A stretch of 64,000 nt of DNA from Octopus sinensis (taxonomy: Eukaryota): NCBI RefSeq assembly GCF_006345805.1, contig NC_043013.1, positions 56,172,001 to 56,236,000 of the forward strand, in the 5' to 3' direction. The notes below the pieces were generated by a model. It was not told where the DNA came from. It worked only from the letters and a program-made list of their open reading frames with translations, and searched no databases. This document shows, piece after piece, positions 25,200 through 38,492 of the stretch (its first letter is position 1; each line of letters begins with the position of its first letter). The translations under genes and the position numbers were made by a program.

Positions 25200-25490
25200 G
25201 GTATGTTGCTCTCAAGTTGATTGTGGACAGCCATCGCTGGTCTTTGTTGAGCCCTAAAACCTTTCATGTAACTCTGAGTGCTATATCCTGGTAAACCACT
25301 TCAGATTGTGGAAAAGAAAAACTACAAGTGAGGATGGGTGTTAACACAGCAGCTCTGGATGAATGGCTTCCACAAAGAACTCACCTGCCAGAACAGAACA
25401 GTTCCCAGACCAAACTTTAATTGGAATAGCTTCATGCTTAAGAACAAAATATGCGACCTTGTTGGAAGATATTGCCTGTGATCAAAACCC
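25200..25490 (+). mobile_element. Highly decayed mariner transposase fragment
   Basis: With frameshifts it reads like GRPS..., LDEWLP.ELT..., LRTK..LLEDI.CD (mariner WVPHEL / RIVTGDE region). Confidence 0.35.
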
Positions 25491-25494
25491 GAAG

Positions 25495-25643
25495 AGTGAG
25501 AGTGAGAGAGAGAGAAAGAAGAGAGAGAGGGGAAGAAAGACAGAGGGAGAAAAAGAGAGAAAAAGAGAGAGAGAGAGAGAAAGAAAGAGAGAGAGAGGAA
25601 GAGAGAAAGAGAGAGAGAGAGAAAGAAAGAGACAGAGAGAGAC

Positions 25644-25674
<31 letters not shown>

Positions 25675-25685
25675 CAGAGAGTCTC
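25495..25685. repeat. (GA)n-rich polypurine tract
   Basis: Direct reading. Confidence 0.95.
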
Positions 25686-25744
25686 TCCTGGGTCTATGTA
25701 TTCAACACATGTCATATAAGGAACAAACAAATACTAACTCTTTT

Positions 25745-25845
25745 CAACATGATCATCATCATCGTTTAATATCTGTTTTCCATGGTGGCATGGGTCGGAC
25801 GGTTCAACTGGGGTCTGGGAAGCTAGGAAGCTGCACCAGGCCCCA
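25745..25845 (-). mobile_element. RTE LINE 3' end fragment
   Basis: catcatcatcgtttaat..tttccatgg..catgggtcggacgg. Confidence 0.75.
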
Positions 25846-26654
25846 ATCTTATAGATATATATCTAAATTTGATATTGGTTTCATTCGCATTGGCATTTGA
25901 CAATTATTTATTTGTTTTGTTGTAGGAATGGTGAATCAATTCTTAGATAATTACTCATCTTTATTTTCTCATTCAAAAAGTGATGAAAGGAAAAGTGAAA
26001 CCCTTGTGAGATTTGCTCTGTTATGCATTAAAACACAAAAGTACTAAACCAGTTACTGTGAAGAATCCACTTAAATGTTCTTTGCTCTCTCTCAGCAATT
26101 TACATTGACCTTGTTTTAATCATTAAAAATAAAATGCTAAAGATACAAGCAAAGAAACAATACTTATTTATGCAAACACAAATAGCTCTTTATAGAAGAA
26201 ATCTGAAAAGAATAAAAAATAATTAAGTTAAAAAAAGATTTTTGAAAAATAGAAAAAGAAACGAATATTCTTTCCTTTTCATCTGCAATTCAAAAACGTT
26301 GCATTCACAATTTTGGAAAAAAAGAAAATTTTCATTTAGCTAACTTCAAAGAAAACAGCTGTACCTTAAGGTACCCTTGGCTACATTTAACAACACAACA
26401 GTTTCTGAAATTTATTTCTGGATCAGTAAATTCTGAAGAAGCTTGATGGTTTTGTGATTAGAGTCCAGTTGTTTAAAAACGTTTTTCTTTTTTAAAAAAT
26501 AAGTTTTTAAAACTGAATTAAACAAGAGACATTATTATTGTTTGGTGGTTTTTAACAACTCTTTCTATGTAAATTGGTTTGTAGGAAAAAAATATCTCAT
26601 ATTATAATTTGCCAATATTTTATTCCATTGTGCTTAAAACTCACCTATCATAGC

Positions 26655-26655
26655 C

Positions 26656-26714
<59 letters not shown>

Positions 26715-26795
26715 TTATTATTTTTATTATTGTTATTATTATTATTATTACTACTACTACTACTTCTACTACTATTATTATTATCATCATTATTA
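26655..26795. repeat. (ATT)n/(ACT)n microsatellite
   Basis: Direct reading. Confidence 0.95.
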
Positions 26796-27989
26796 GGAAA
26801 GAGTTTGTCATTGGATTTCCTATAGCCAATACTATCAGATCAAAGAAAGCTTGTTAATCACCCCAACCTGGTGTGTCTTCCCTAAATATAGCTGCAAATT
26901 ATAGGCTGCAGAGATTCCTTTTCTTCTTAAAAAACACGAAGCAAACTTTACAAGAGACATCAACATATTCTAATTATATTTAGTGATATGTCGGCAATGA
27001 TTGCATGTGTATGTGCGTTTCTATGAATACATTACTGTATAAATTCTTAAATGAACATTTTGCACACTTTAACAGCGGCAGTGACTGAAACCATAATAAA
27101 AGACGCTTGTCTTTGCTCTGCAGTGAATTAAGATTAGCGTAACCATCACAAGATGGAGATGTCAAATAATTTTTCAGTTTTGAACATCAGTGGTAAGAAA
27201 CACTGAAGAGAGCTGAACAGCAGAAGGTCTTGAGAGAAGAAACCCCACCTCAGGCAAGTGTTTTGGCCTGTAACTTCTTACACTTTAAGGGGTCAAGCCA
27301 CATCCAGGTCATGACTCCTGGCTGCCCTTCTGCTGACACTTTTTAGCCCCTTGGATATTGCTGTCATGCATTTACAATCATGTTGATCCATTGACTTCTG
27401 GCTGTTTTATCTGCATAATTGATGTCACCAAACTTTTACATAAATTTCTGACTTTTAATCGCCAAAATTAGCCATAAAGCTAATTCATCTCTAATCTCAC
27501 TACTGATGGGATTTTAGGGAATTAACATATTTTCGATGTTAACACTGACTTAACAGTCATTGAATGAGATTAATAAAATCTTAGAGAACTGTGAAAGGTC
27601 GTGACCTGGGGTTAAACAACTTTCATAAATATCCTGTGTTTACTTCCCATTTTTTGCCATTTATAATGGTTTACTCAGTGAAAAAGGGGCTACCGCTCAT
27701 GACTCATTTAAAGGGGCCTCTAAACCTGGTGGGTGAGTGGAAAAGATTATCCACAGTTTCAAGATCTGACCTGAAAAGCAGAAGTCTACTGCCAAAGACT
27801 ACCCTTCCACTAGGTTCTCACACAGTTCCTCTTTTTACTGATATTTTACTGATAAGTCTTTGTATCAATCCATAGCTATGGTTGAATATACTTGCCTAAG
27901 ATACCATGCTGAGGATTGAACCCACAGCTATGTTGTTACAAAGCCAGTTTCTTAGCTACTCAGACATGTCGTGTAGTTATTATTCTTAA

Positions 27990-28815
27990 TGCTCAACTAC
28001 TTTTTTTTCACATGTTGACTGCCAACTACGAGTTATCTTATAGTTGGCAATCCATACAATTTTGCCAGGTAGGAGCATACTCGTAGAGGTCTGTTTTATT
28101 ATAACACACTTAAAATGAACTGGCACCTGGAACTAACATTGTGAGTGTGTTGTGGAAACACTAAAGACACCTTTTATTTGCCCAACGATACGAGTTAACT
28201 TGTATCATGGCACCTGCCAGGAAATATATTTCCTGAAACATCTATATATATCAGGTATAAGTATTAGATATTGATGCAGGAGAACTGTGTTGTCTCTTAC
28301 AACCTTGAGCAACTAATTGTTTACCGTTGTCAGTAGAACTGGCCTCACTGGTACTACTTCCACTGGTGTTTGCTACATAATTTTTATTCAAAGCATCCGA
28401 GTGTTCACTCTCTGACTCGAAGTTATCATCTTCCGGTAGTTCATTTTCCATAAGTTCCTGAAGTATTCCAGCAATGTTTTTCACTAGAAAGGCATTTTGG
28501 CATCTTGTATATTACAAATCAAAATTTATAATAATTCTTTATAAATCTGAAAAAATAAAGAAAACATTATACAATGAAGAGACATAGTCAAATACTGAAT
28601 ACCAAACCCTCAAAGCCTTCATAGCAAACCAATCTGAGCATTTTGCATTGCCACGAGATAATGCGTATCACGTGATTGTAGTGTAATTACAGGTATCATG
28701 TACCTGTATAGCACCACACCAAATATTTCAGCTTTCTGATTTGAGAAAGTTATTAAAACCCATTTTGGCAAATAGAAGCAGATCCTATCGATGTCCTGCG
28801 AAAGGCAACGGTGTT
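27990..28815 (-). mobile_element. Probable non-autonomous DNA transposon remnant with an acidic N-terminal ORF (piggyBac-like?)
   Basis: ORF 28251-28484 (ELMENELPEDDNFESESEHSD) resembles acidic piggyBac N-termini; upstream acceptor at about 28548; right end ...ggtgttaa. TIRs not convincingly matched. Confidence 0.3.
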
Positions 28816-29032
28816 AAATAAATAAGGAATATGCAGCAGACCTAATGATTGGTTCTGCTTGGATTCAATTTTAATTCAAAGTTACCAAAAACAGCCATTT
28901 TACACAATCTACATTATTGTGTAATGCAAATTCTTCTTCTTGTACTTTGACAGAATTCTTAGAATAACAGAAACATGTTCTGTATTTGTTGGGAGTCTTT
29001 ATGTTCTGAGCCCAAATACTGTTGGAATCATC

Positions 29033-29250
29033 TTCCTTTTCTACTCTAGGCACAAGGTCTGAAATTTTGGGGGAGGGGGTCAGTTGATTAGAGCGACCAC
29101 CAGTACACAACTAGTACTTAATATACCAACCCCGAAAGAATGAAGGCCAAAGTTGACCTCAGCAGAATTTGAACTCAGAGCATAATGGCAGACAGATTAC
29201 GACTAAGCATTTCACCTGGTGTGCTAACATTTCTGCCAGCTTGCTGCCTT
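29033..29250 (-). mobile_element. SINE family A
   Basis: Reverse complement of 17451-17670. Confidence 0.85.
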
Positions 29251-29574
29251 TAAAAGCTGTTGAAATGAACTTTGCCATACTTGTTTGTAACATTTTCTAG
29301 CCTCATGTCTATATTAGGACAAACATTTATAAAGTTGTTCCAGTGGTGGTAAAATAGGTACCAGTCATATGCTGGGGTCTCTATCTCTGTCTCTCACTCT
29401 CTGCCAAATATGCTACTTTGTACATTTGAAAGAAATCCTTAAGAGGATTTTTGCTTTAGAAACTCCTGTTATTTGTGAAATGCTTCAAAGGCGTCAAGAC
29501 ATCAGAAACATGGTGAGTGTGCTACAAAAGTACATGCAAACCTGTTTTAAGAGATAATTGCACACACACACACA

Positions 29575-29766
29575 CATCATCATCATCATCGTTTAACGTC
29601 CGTTTTCCATGCTAGCATGGGTTGGACGGTTCGACCGGGATCTGGGAAGCCAGGAGGCTGCACCAGGCTCCAGTCTGATTTGTCTTGGTGTCTATTGCTG
29701 GATGCCCTTCCTAACAACAACCACTCAGTGAGGGTAGTGGGTGCTTTTTACGTGCCACCGACCACA
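29575..29766 (-). mobile_element. RTE LINE 3' end
   Basis: (CAT)n cgtttaacgtccgttttccatgctagcatgggttggacgg. Confidence 0.9.
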
Positions 29767-29905
29767 GGTAACATTCAGCTCATAAGGTCGTGATTCTGAA
29801 TCCTGATGGTGCATTGTGTCCTTAAGCAAGACACTCTGTTTCACAATGCACCAGAACACTCATGTAACTGACAGGGAACCTGGTACACACATACAAATAC
29901 ATGCA

Positions 29906-29951
<46 letters not shown>

Positions 29952-30789
29952 CATATATATATATACACATACATATATAAGCATATATGTAGATATATTT
30001 TGGAGAATGATGAGGTTTTTTTTTATATTCCCATTCAATGTTGCATCAATATAGTGTTTCCAGACAAATACAAAAACCAAACAGGAAGCAAGCAAATCAT
30101 TGTAAGTAGTCTTTGAGAGAAAAACCAAATCTGTTGACAGAAATTCTACTTAAAATATTTAAAATATTTGGGCCTGAAAATAATAAAAATTTTTTATCAG
30201 TGTTGAAGATTTATAATCTAAAAATGAAAGAGTTTATCATTTTAAATTTGTGAAAAGCTTGAGTACTGTTACAGACACGTGTTTTTATATATTTAAATAT
30301 GCATGCATGTGTGTGTTATGTGCATATGTTTATGTGTTCACACACATATATGCACACAAGCATATATATATATATATATGTATATATGCATGTATATGTA
30401 TACATATACATATGCACACATATGAATGTTTATATGTATGTGTATGCATGTACGTATGTATATATATATATATATCATATATATATGATATATATGATAT
30501 ATATGTGTGTACATGTGTGTGAACACCCATCAATATATAGATTCCACATAAATACAAAACCTAGAAGAAAACAAGCAAATTCATATAAGTAGTCTTTGAG
30601 TGAAAACCAAATCTGTTGAGAAAAATTCTACTTAAAAATCACAATATTTTAAACATTTAAGTCTGGAAATACTGCGGAAAATTTTGATTATATTTGATGA
30701 ATTACAATCTTAAATTTATGTGAAATTTTATTTTGAGTACTGCTTTGTCTGTTGTTCTGTCTGTCTGCCTCCTTTTTTTGTCTATTATA

Positions 30790-31035
30790 CATGGCACCAT
30801 CATTGGTTAATGTCCTCTTTTGCCATGCTTGTATGGGCAGAGAGAATATGTTGAGGCTAATTTTCTGTGACTGGATGCTCTTTCTGTTACCAATCCTCAC
30901 CCATTTCCAAATAAGGTAATATTTTCCCCATGACCAGAAATGTTTTCATGCCAGATTGGAAATGAGGGACACCGTATGTATGACAGTGATGCTCATTTAT
31001 AACTGTCATACAATGTCAAGCCAAGGAGACAGTAA
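30790..31035. mobile_element. Short repeat sharing the RTE-like 3' end (non-autonomous retroelement)
   Basis: Similar to 35480-35680 and 39460-39700 (ctggatgc.ct.cctg..ccaa...ccaa..aaggtaatatt). Confidence 0.55.
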
Positions 31036-31174
31036 CACACACACACACACATACACACATGAATATACATACATACATTCATACATATATATATAAATAT
31101 ATATATTTACACACATATATATATAAATATATATGTATATATACATATATATTTGCATGTGTATGTATGTATAC

Positions 31175-31207
<33 letters not shown>

Positions 31208-31216
31208 CGCGTATAC

Positions 31217-31247
<31 letters not shown>

Positions 31248-32267
31248 CACATATACATATATATGTGTGTGTGTGTATATATATATGTGTGTGTGTGTGT
31301 GTATGTATATATATATACACACACACACACAATGGGCTGCTTTCAATTTCCATGTACCAAGTCTGCACAAAAGGACTTTAGTTCAAATCCAGGTGCAGTC
31401 GTCATTATCATTCGTCTTGCGATGGTCAGTACAATAAACTATGTACCAGTGACGTACTGGGGCTTATACATTCAAGATACGTATGTATACACACTTAAAT
31501 GCATTCATACATCTACACTCTTCTCCAAATTTAAGTCCTTATGCCTAGGTAATAAATCAATACATTATTAAATTGATTGTATTTATGTCATATAAAGTTA
31601 GTAGCTCACGTCTTATAGTTTCCCGAATATAAATGACTAGCTTTTGCAGACAAAATGGAAACAACAAAAATTTCTAATTGTCCATGGTAACTTGCATAAG
31701 GCTGTCTGATCTTTCTGACAGCAGAAGTTATTAAAACCACATAAAAACACAACATTCCAATGTATTATTATGTTTTAAGCTATTAACTGTGTTTATACAT
31801 TGACAACTTCCTTTAGGCCTCCACACATACACACAGAAATGTTATATATATATTATACATACATGCATATATATATATATATGCATATATATGTGTGTGT
31901 GTATATATATATATAACTATATATATACATATATATATTGTGTGTGTGCATATATTTATATGTATGCATTTATTTACATATATACATACACGCACTCATG
32001 TGCATGCATGCACGCACACATATACAAACACACACACATACATACATATATATGGTTCGATAGGTGTGTGGCGGGGGTAGATGAAGTTAATGTATCTCTA
32101 TGTTAATTTAACTACTCAGGTGAGAATATTTGAAAATCCATTAGGAAAACTGGTTTGTTTGTCTCGCCATACAAAAAAAAATCTCCTAAAACTCACATTA
32201 AAAGACATATTGGAATATTCAGAGACTGGACAGAGTCACAAATATAAAACAACTAATACCAGCTTAC

Positions 32268-32404
32268 CATGTGATCCATCTGTAGAGTACAGTTCTCCAT
32301 ATATAGCAGGGGCAGAGTGGAATACGTTTCCAGATAGTATTTGATAAGCTGACAAGACAAGATAACATTTTTGAAGCTTTACTTTTTATTCTTTATTCTT
32401 TGGC
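32268..32404 (-). other. Candidate minus-strand exon (alternative acceptor gives 32268-32348, 81 nt)
   Basis: ttttttctctttcag| and tcttgtcttgtcag| acceptors; ATG|gtaagc donor; the 81-nt form is open in all three frames. Confidence 0.3.
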
Positions 32405-34050
32405 CTGAAAGAGAAAAAAAGTTGTTCTCTGGAAACAAGTACTGGTCATATTCCAGAAAGTAGATAGGAATTTTTCTCATCTTGCTGGCAACATGACGAC
32501 CTCACTGGTGCTGGTGCCATGAAGCGAAGGCATGCAGTACACATTTACTGCAACAGAACTAGATTTCACTGTGGAAACTTGTCAATATTTACACAAAGGC
32601 AAACATGTCACCATGTTATATATTTCTCTGTGCACAGAAAAAGAGTGAAGGATCTGATTTAGGCTTCATTTCTATCTGGGATCACAGACTTTAACTAAAC
32701 AAATAAAATATTTTGCGATATTTGCTCTGTACCAAGTAACAGGCACTCCCTCGTTACATTCAGCATCAGACATGTAGTGAACCAGTGATTTGCCACATTA
32801 AAAATAGGCAATGAACGCTGTTATTGTTCACCAAGTATGATAAGAAAATAAAATGAAGTAATTTGTTGTCAGAACATGGATGTGAAGTCCATTTGCTTGG
32901 ATGGTAGCAGTGGAGTGTAGCAGAGATTGTTGCAGGAGAGATGGAGAAGAGAAAATCAGTTTATTCAGCCTCTTGGCTTAATGTCTTCAATGGACATTAG
33001 TATGATGTCTTGCATAGCATTTAGTGGAGAAATTAAAATATATCGACCACAGGGCCTGAGCTTAGTAATTCAAACACTCAGTTGTAGAAGTGTTGGTCAC
33101 CATATTTTATGACAAAATTAACTCAGAGAAAGTGAGAGGTAAGAGGGAGGGAGAGAGAAATGGGGGCCACATACACACATACACATATATACACGCGCAC
33201 ACACACACACACACATATATATTTTTTATTTCACACACATGCACTCACACTCATATTTACAGATGAAAAAGAGAAAGAGTGAGAGAAAGAGAGAGAGAAA
33301 GATAGAACTAGAGAGATAGAGAGAGGTGAGAAAATGAGACAATACTTTTATTTTTGTTTGCATATATTTCTTAAAATATTATATTCAAATTTTTCTGTAT
33401 TAATATAATCACTTTATCATACTCTTCAGCATATGATTTCCATGTTGTATCGCTCTGTTTTGCATTCGTCAATGTATAAAATCCATTAGATTAATGTAGT
33501 TTTCACAAACAATTCTCATCACTACGGCTAAAAGATATTTTTCTCCATCTCGTTGCAGCATATTTTTATGGAATTTATTTAGAAATTTTTCAAAGTTATA
33601 CAATGGAAATTATTGACTGACAGCAAAATGTAGATTTTGCTCCCTATCCAAAAAGAGTTAACAATATATTCATTGTACTTATCATTTTATACACACATAC
33701 ATGTGTGTATGCATATATATATATATATATATACAAACATATATATAATGTACATATGTAAATGTATATATGTGTGTGTGTGTATGTCTTTACATACATA
33801 ACATTTCCAGACATAAGTAAGCTTCAAACTTTGGTTGCTTTAATAACGAATGCAAAACTGAGCGAAACTGTTATGCAATGCATGGAACTTCGACCAGTGG
33901 TGTTGTATGCTATATTTCATTTCTTTACTCACACGCAGACACACTCGTGTGTACATGCATATAGACGTTTGTATATATATGTATACATATATGCACACAC
34001 ACACATGCACACACACACACACACACGCACACACACACACACACACATTA

Positions 34051-34446
34051 AATCATTTACTGGTTTCAGTCATAAGACTGCGACCATGCTGGGGTTACCA
34101 TTTTGACGACTTTTTAGTTGAATGAATTAACCCGACTGCTTATTCTATTGGTCTGTTTTGCCAAACTGCTAAGTTACTAGATGTAAACACACCAACCACA
34201 CTGGTTGTCCACCAGTGGTCAGGTCAAACAGACACAAAGACACACACACACATACACATGCATGCACGCACTTACAAACACACATACGACAGACATCTTT
34301 TAGTTTCTGCCTATCAAATCTACTCGCAAGGTTTGGTCAGTCTGGGGCTATCCTAGAAAATACTTGCCCAAGATGTAACACATTGGGACTGTACCCAGAA
34401 CCACATGCTTCGGAAGCAAATTGCTTTCTACACAGCCAGACCTGTG

Positions 34447-34449
<3 letters not shown>
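34051..34449 (-). mobile_element. SINE family B
   Basis: Reverse complement of 17674-18079. Confidence 0.85.
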
Positions 34450-34482
<33 letters not shown>

Positions 34483-35059
34483 TCTTTCTCTATACATACA
34501 TATATATATACACATATATATATATATATATGTGTGTATATATACACACACATGCATATAATCACAATATATATTTTTACATGCAACTATTGGTTTCATG
34601 CAATGAAAGCATCTCAGTATATTTTAACATTCCTGAGTCTTCAGTGCAATCTCCAGGCAATGTCCATGTAGCATAACAAGCAAAAACTAGGCCGATAGGA
34701 TGATAGAAAAAGATGAGAATAAGTGAGAACAAAGTAGATATAAAAGGTAGGAGGTTGAAAACTAGAAAACAAGAAACAAGCAAAAAGAGAAGAATTAGAG
34801 TTATGTTCCCTTCGACCATAAAGTATAAGGCTGAAAGGAACATGGCCTAGAGGCTGTGCTACAGCTGCTCAATTCAGTGAGGCTGTTACTTTCTAATTTG
34901 CCAACAAGAAGTTAGCCATATGCTTACAACTGATGAAAATTTCGGATGTAGAATTCGGCAGTGTGATAAAGTTCTTAGTTCTGAAAACGATCTGAGTTCT
35001 TACAGCTATGCATAACTTACATATTTTGTTGTTGACATATGCAGATTTTTTTTACTATT

Positions 35060-35300
35060 TTCCACTTTATCATATGTGGTGTATCATCTGACTTAGTGGC
35101 TTACTTTTGTCCCTGTGTTGGAAGGAAGATACGTGGTTAGCATAGCAATTTTTGAAGTTACCTTCACATAGCTCGATAACTCTCTTCTTATTGGTTGTAT
35201 TATCATTTATCATTGCTGTAACTTCTGCCTCATAGATGATTGATTTAGTCATACATCTCTGGTTGAGTGGACAGGCTCCTGGGTCTTGACAGTTAAAACT
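35060..35300 (-). mobile_element. Penelope-like GIY-YIG endonuclease fragment
   Basis: NCQDPGACPLNQRCMTKSIIYEAEVT...VIELCEGNFKNCYANHVSSF matches the C.C....CPL...CL...I.Y.A.V...YIG.....FK.RY.NH pattern. Confidence 0.75.
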
Positions 35301-37055
35301 GGGGGTGGGCTTTTGGTGTTGTTTGTGTGTACAGCACACAAAAAGCACCGGTACTGGTTCTCCTTAAAAAGCTCTGCTGAATGTGCCATGTTAAAAGCAA
35401 TGATGCAGGTGCCACGTAAAAAGGACCCAGTACACGCTTTTCAGTGTTTGGCATTAGGAAGAGAGTTTTAATGCCTGCATTCCCATGATTGCATGGATCT
35501 GATAGAATTCATTGAGTCTTTTCTCTACGGGTGAATGCCCTTCCTATCCCTGACTCTCGCCTGTTTCCAACCAAGGTAATATTCCCTCAAGGCCAGACAT
35601 GTTTTCCATTGAAGACTGGCAATATGGGGCACCTTTAGTGTGACACTGACTTTTTGTTTCCAACTATTGCTTGTTGTTAAAGCAAGAAGACATTCCCCAT
35701 ACATATACATGTTTACTTAACCCACCTACTCACTTAACTACCAACCTACCTACCTACATGCAGATCTGTGTGTGTGTGTGTGTGTGTGCATGCACGCGTG
35801 TGTGTGTGCATGCACGCGTGTGTGTGTGTGCATGCACGCGTGTGTGTGTGTGTGAAGACATGTTGCCAAGTAGTCAGGATATTGCACTCAATCAGTAGAC
35901 TGGGTTTGATTCCCAGACAGTGGCCAAAGAATCTACATTGTATTCTTTAGCAAAGCACTTTCCCATTTCATACTACTCTGTGTGTCTGAGAATGGCAGAA
36001 ATGCTTTCTGGCATATTTTCCAGCTTTCTACAATCTGAGGTCAAATCCCACCTGCCTGGGGAAGGCAATGGGATATCAATCCAGTATTCATCACAAGCCA
36101 GGTCATGGAAGGCGAAGTTCCTGTACTCAACTTAACTGTGGCAAGGGAGGGTACGGGTCCTCCCAGGTGATATAGGGAGTACTAGGGAAGGTTCACATGT
36201 ACAGGTCCTGCTCAAGGGAAGACCACAGCCAGCCCCCTTTATTTCTCTCTATCACACACACATGCACACACACACACACACACATGCACACACACACATG
36301 CACACACACACACACACATATATATTATATAATATATATACATATATGTGTGCCAGTGGAATGTAAAAGGCGCCTACCACATTCTGGAAACTGGTTGGCA
36401 TCAGGAAGGGCATCCAGCCATAGAAACCATGCCACAAGACCCTCCAACCCATGACAGCATGGAAATTGAATGTTAAAAGATGATGATGATGATATATATA
36501 TATATAAAGAGAGATAGAGAGAGAGAAACAGAAACAAATAGATAAATCAGAGACAGAAAATTATGAAATTCATGAGATTATTCAAATCCACTACAATTGT
36601 TTCAACTCATCTCATCAGTGAGATGCTGTACAATCGTCTTGCATCTCAAGTGAAATTTGCATCTTTTCAGGTGATTTTTAAAGCAAGTTGTTTACTCTTT
36701 CTTCTCCTTATTTTAACCATATATGGACACACATTAGGCTTCTTTCAGTTTCCACACACAAGGCTTAAGGATAAGCCAGGGCTATAATAGCAGACACTTG
36801 TCCAAGGTACCACACAATTAGACTGAAACTCATACTTTGTGGTCATGGAAGGAACTTCTTAACCACACAGCCATACTTGCAGTTATCAACAGTATGAATG
36901 AGTAAATAGAATCTTCTCTCACCGGGGGATGACATCCAGTTTGAGACAAACCTTTATATTGTGGTGTCCTCATACTTTCTAGCCAAGAATTACTGAGCAG
37001 CCTTCAACACAATTCATATTCATAAGAATAATAAAAATGATGCAAGAACAAAAGA

Positions 37056-37201
37056 ATGATGCATTTTTTCAATGCTCTTTCATATTTCGTTTGTACGCTT
37101 GTTCTTTTCTTTATCACTTCTGTTTTGTGTGGGTTCAAAGAATTGTCCACTGGGATAAGAAATGGTTCACTGGGGAGAAAAAGGGATTTCTGGCTAACAA
37201 G
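37056..37201 (+). other. Candidate first coding exon with signal-peptide-like N-terminus
   Basis: In-frame upstream stop, A at -3, hydrophobic stretch, GRKR, strong donor AAG|gtatgt. Confidence 0.15.
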
Positions 37202-37682
37202 GTATGTTGTATACACTGGGAAATATCTATTTCACATATTGAGCCTGTTTAGTCAAGTTCAACTAGCAGCTTTGTTGTATACAATTAAGAAAAATACTGG
37301 TTATTACTGGCTATTACTGGCTATTACTGGTTATTACTAGAAATTCTGTGGGCAAAGAATGCCCAATAAATGAGATAAAAAGAACTGAATGGACTTTTGG
37401 CATTTCCTGATAATGGTTTTGAATGGCAGTAAGGGTAGAAATCAGGAGGAAACTTCTAATGAAGAATAATAGAAGCATAAATTAATACATGAAACATAGA
37501 TATTCCAGGATAAAGGATATAATGTTATACAAGTTGGAATTGAAAGTCTAATTTAATCATTTGAGTATGGAGATATCACATGATCTTCAAATGTTAGAAT
37601 TAATCTCTGTAGAATTCTGAAGATGAAATATTCTTCATATCAACAAATATTCCCATTTGCATATTCAGCTCTCAATAAGTTG

Positions 37683-38130
37683 TACGAGGTGCTATCAAAA
37701 AGTTACAGGACTAGTTATGCTAGTTAATAAAAAGTAACATATTTACCAAAGTTTTTGCATCATCTCCTTCAAAATAGTCACCTCACACAGCAATCCACTG
37801 GTCTCAGCATTCTTGTCACTTTAGGAGTCCAGCCTGGAAGTCGTTTTCCATGAGTTGAGGATCTTCTACAATTTGTTCTGAATCTCAACAACAGTGTTAA
37901 AACAGCAACCTTTTAGCTGCATTTTCATCTTAGAGAATAGGTAGAAGTCCACAAGCTCTAAATCTGGCAAATAGGACAGGTGCAGAAGGAATACCATGTT
38001 GTCTTTTGTGAGAAATACAAGTGAGCAGAGCTTAGTGACAGGGTGGATTGTTGTCATAAGGAATCCAATTCTTCACACTCCAGAGATCCGGTAACTTTCA
38101 CCAAATATCCTCCTTCAAGCACTTCAAAAT
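37683..38130 (-). mobile_element. Mariner (DD34D) transposon 3' remnant with TIR
   Basis: FLTKDNMVFLLHLSYLPDLELVDFYLFSKMKMQLKG (YSPDLAP motif); TIR-like tacgaggtgctatcaaaaagt at 37683. Confidence 0.85.
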
Positions 38131-38397
38131 GTCATTAGGAGCTGAATACCCAAACAACGTTTTTCTATATATCATTATACATATATAATGATGTGTGTGT
38201 GTGTGTTCTTTAGTATGAGGTTAGCTTTAATGAGAAGACCAATAAGGAAAGTTTGCCAGCCATGACTATTCCATCTAATTTCCTGTCAATATCTCTTAAA
38301 CCACCTTTTCTAATGCTTCCCTATTTTAAAATAATTTAATGTAATTTGATATACTGTTTCCCCTTTCACTCTCATTACAAATCCAGTCCGTGCATAC

Positions 38398-38492
38398 TTG
38401 CCCTGTTTATTTCCAGGCATTTCAAATCTTCTGCAACCAATACTCATGTTTCTTCACTATGCAACATTGCATTCCATGCACAAGCATCTCAT
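38398..38492 (-). other. Candidate minus-strand exon (95 nt; noncoding, or start MPGNKQG)
   Basis: tttcgtttccttttacag|ATGAG...GGCAA|gtatgc. Confidence 0.25.

Noticed and set aside
30250-31571. Long C/V/Y/I/H/T-rich ORFs
   Set aside because: Dinucleotide-repeat artefacts.
31678-31691. RFX X-box-like ttgtccatggtaac next to a small AG..GT segment
   Set aside because: Only one good half-site, and no promoter evidence.
34830-35000. Possible mariner N-terminus (VEFGSVIKFLVLK)
   Set aside because: Too short to call as a feature with confidence, though plausible.
37296-37340. 10-bp tandem tactgg(t/c)tat x4
   Set aside because: Ordinary short slippage repeat.
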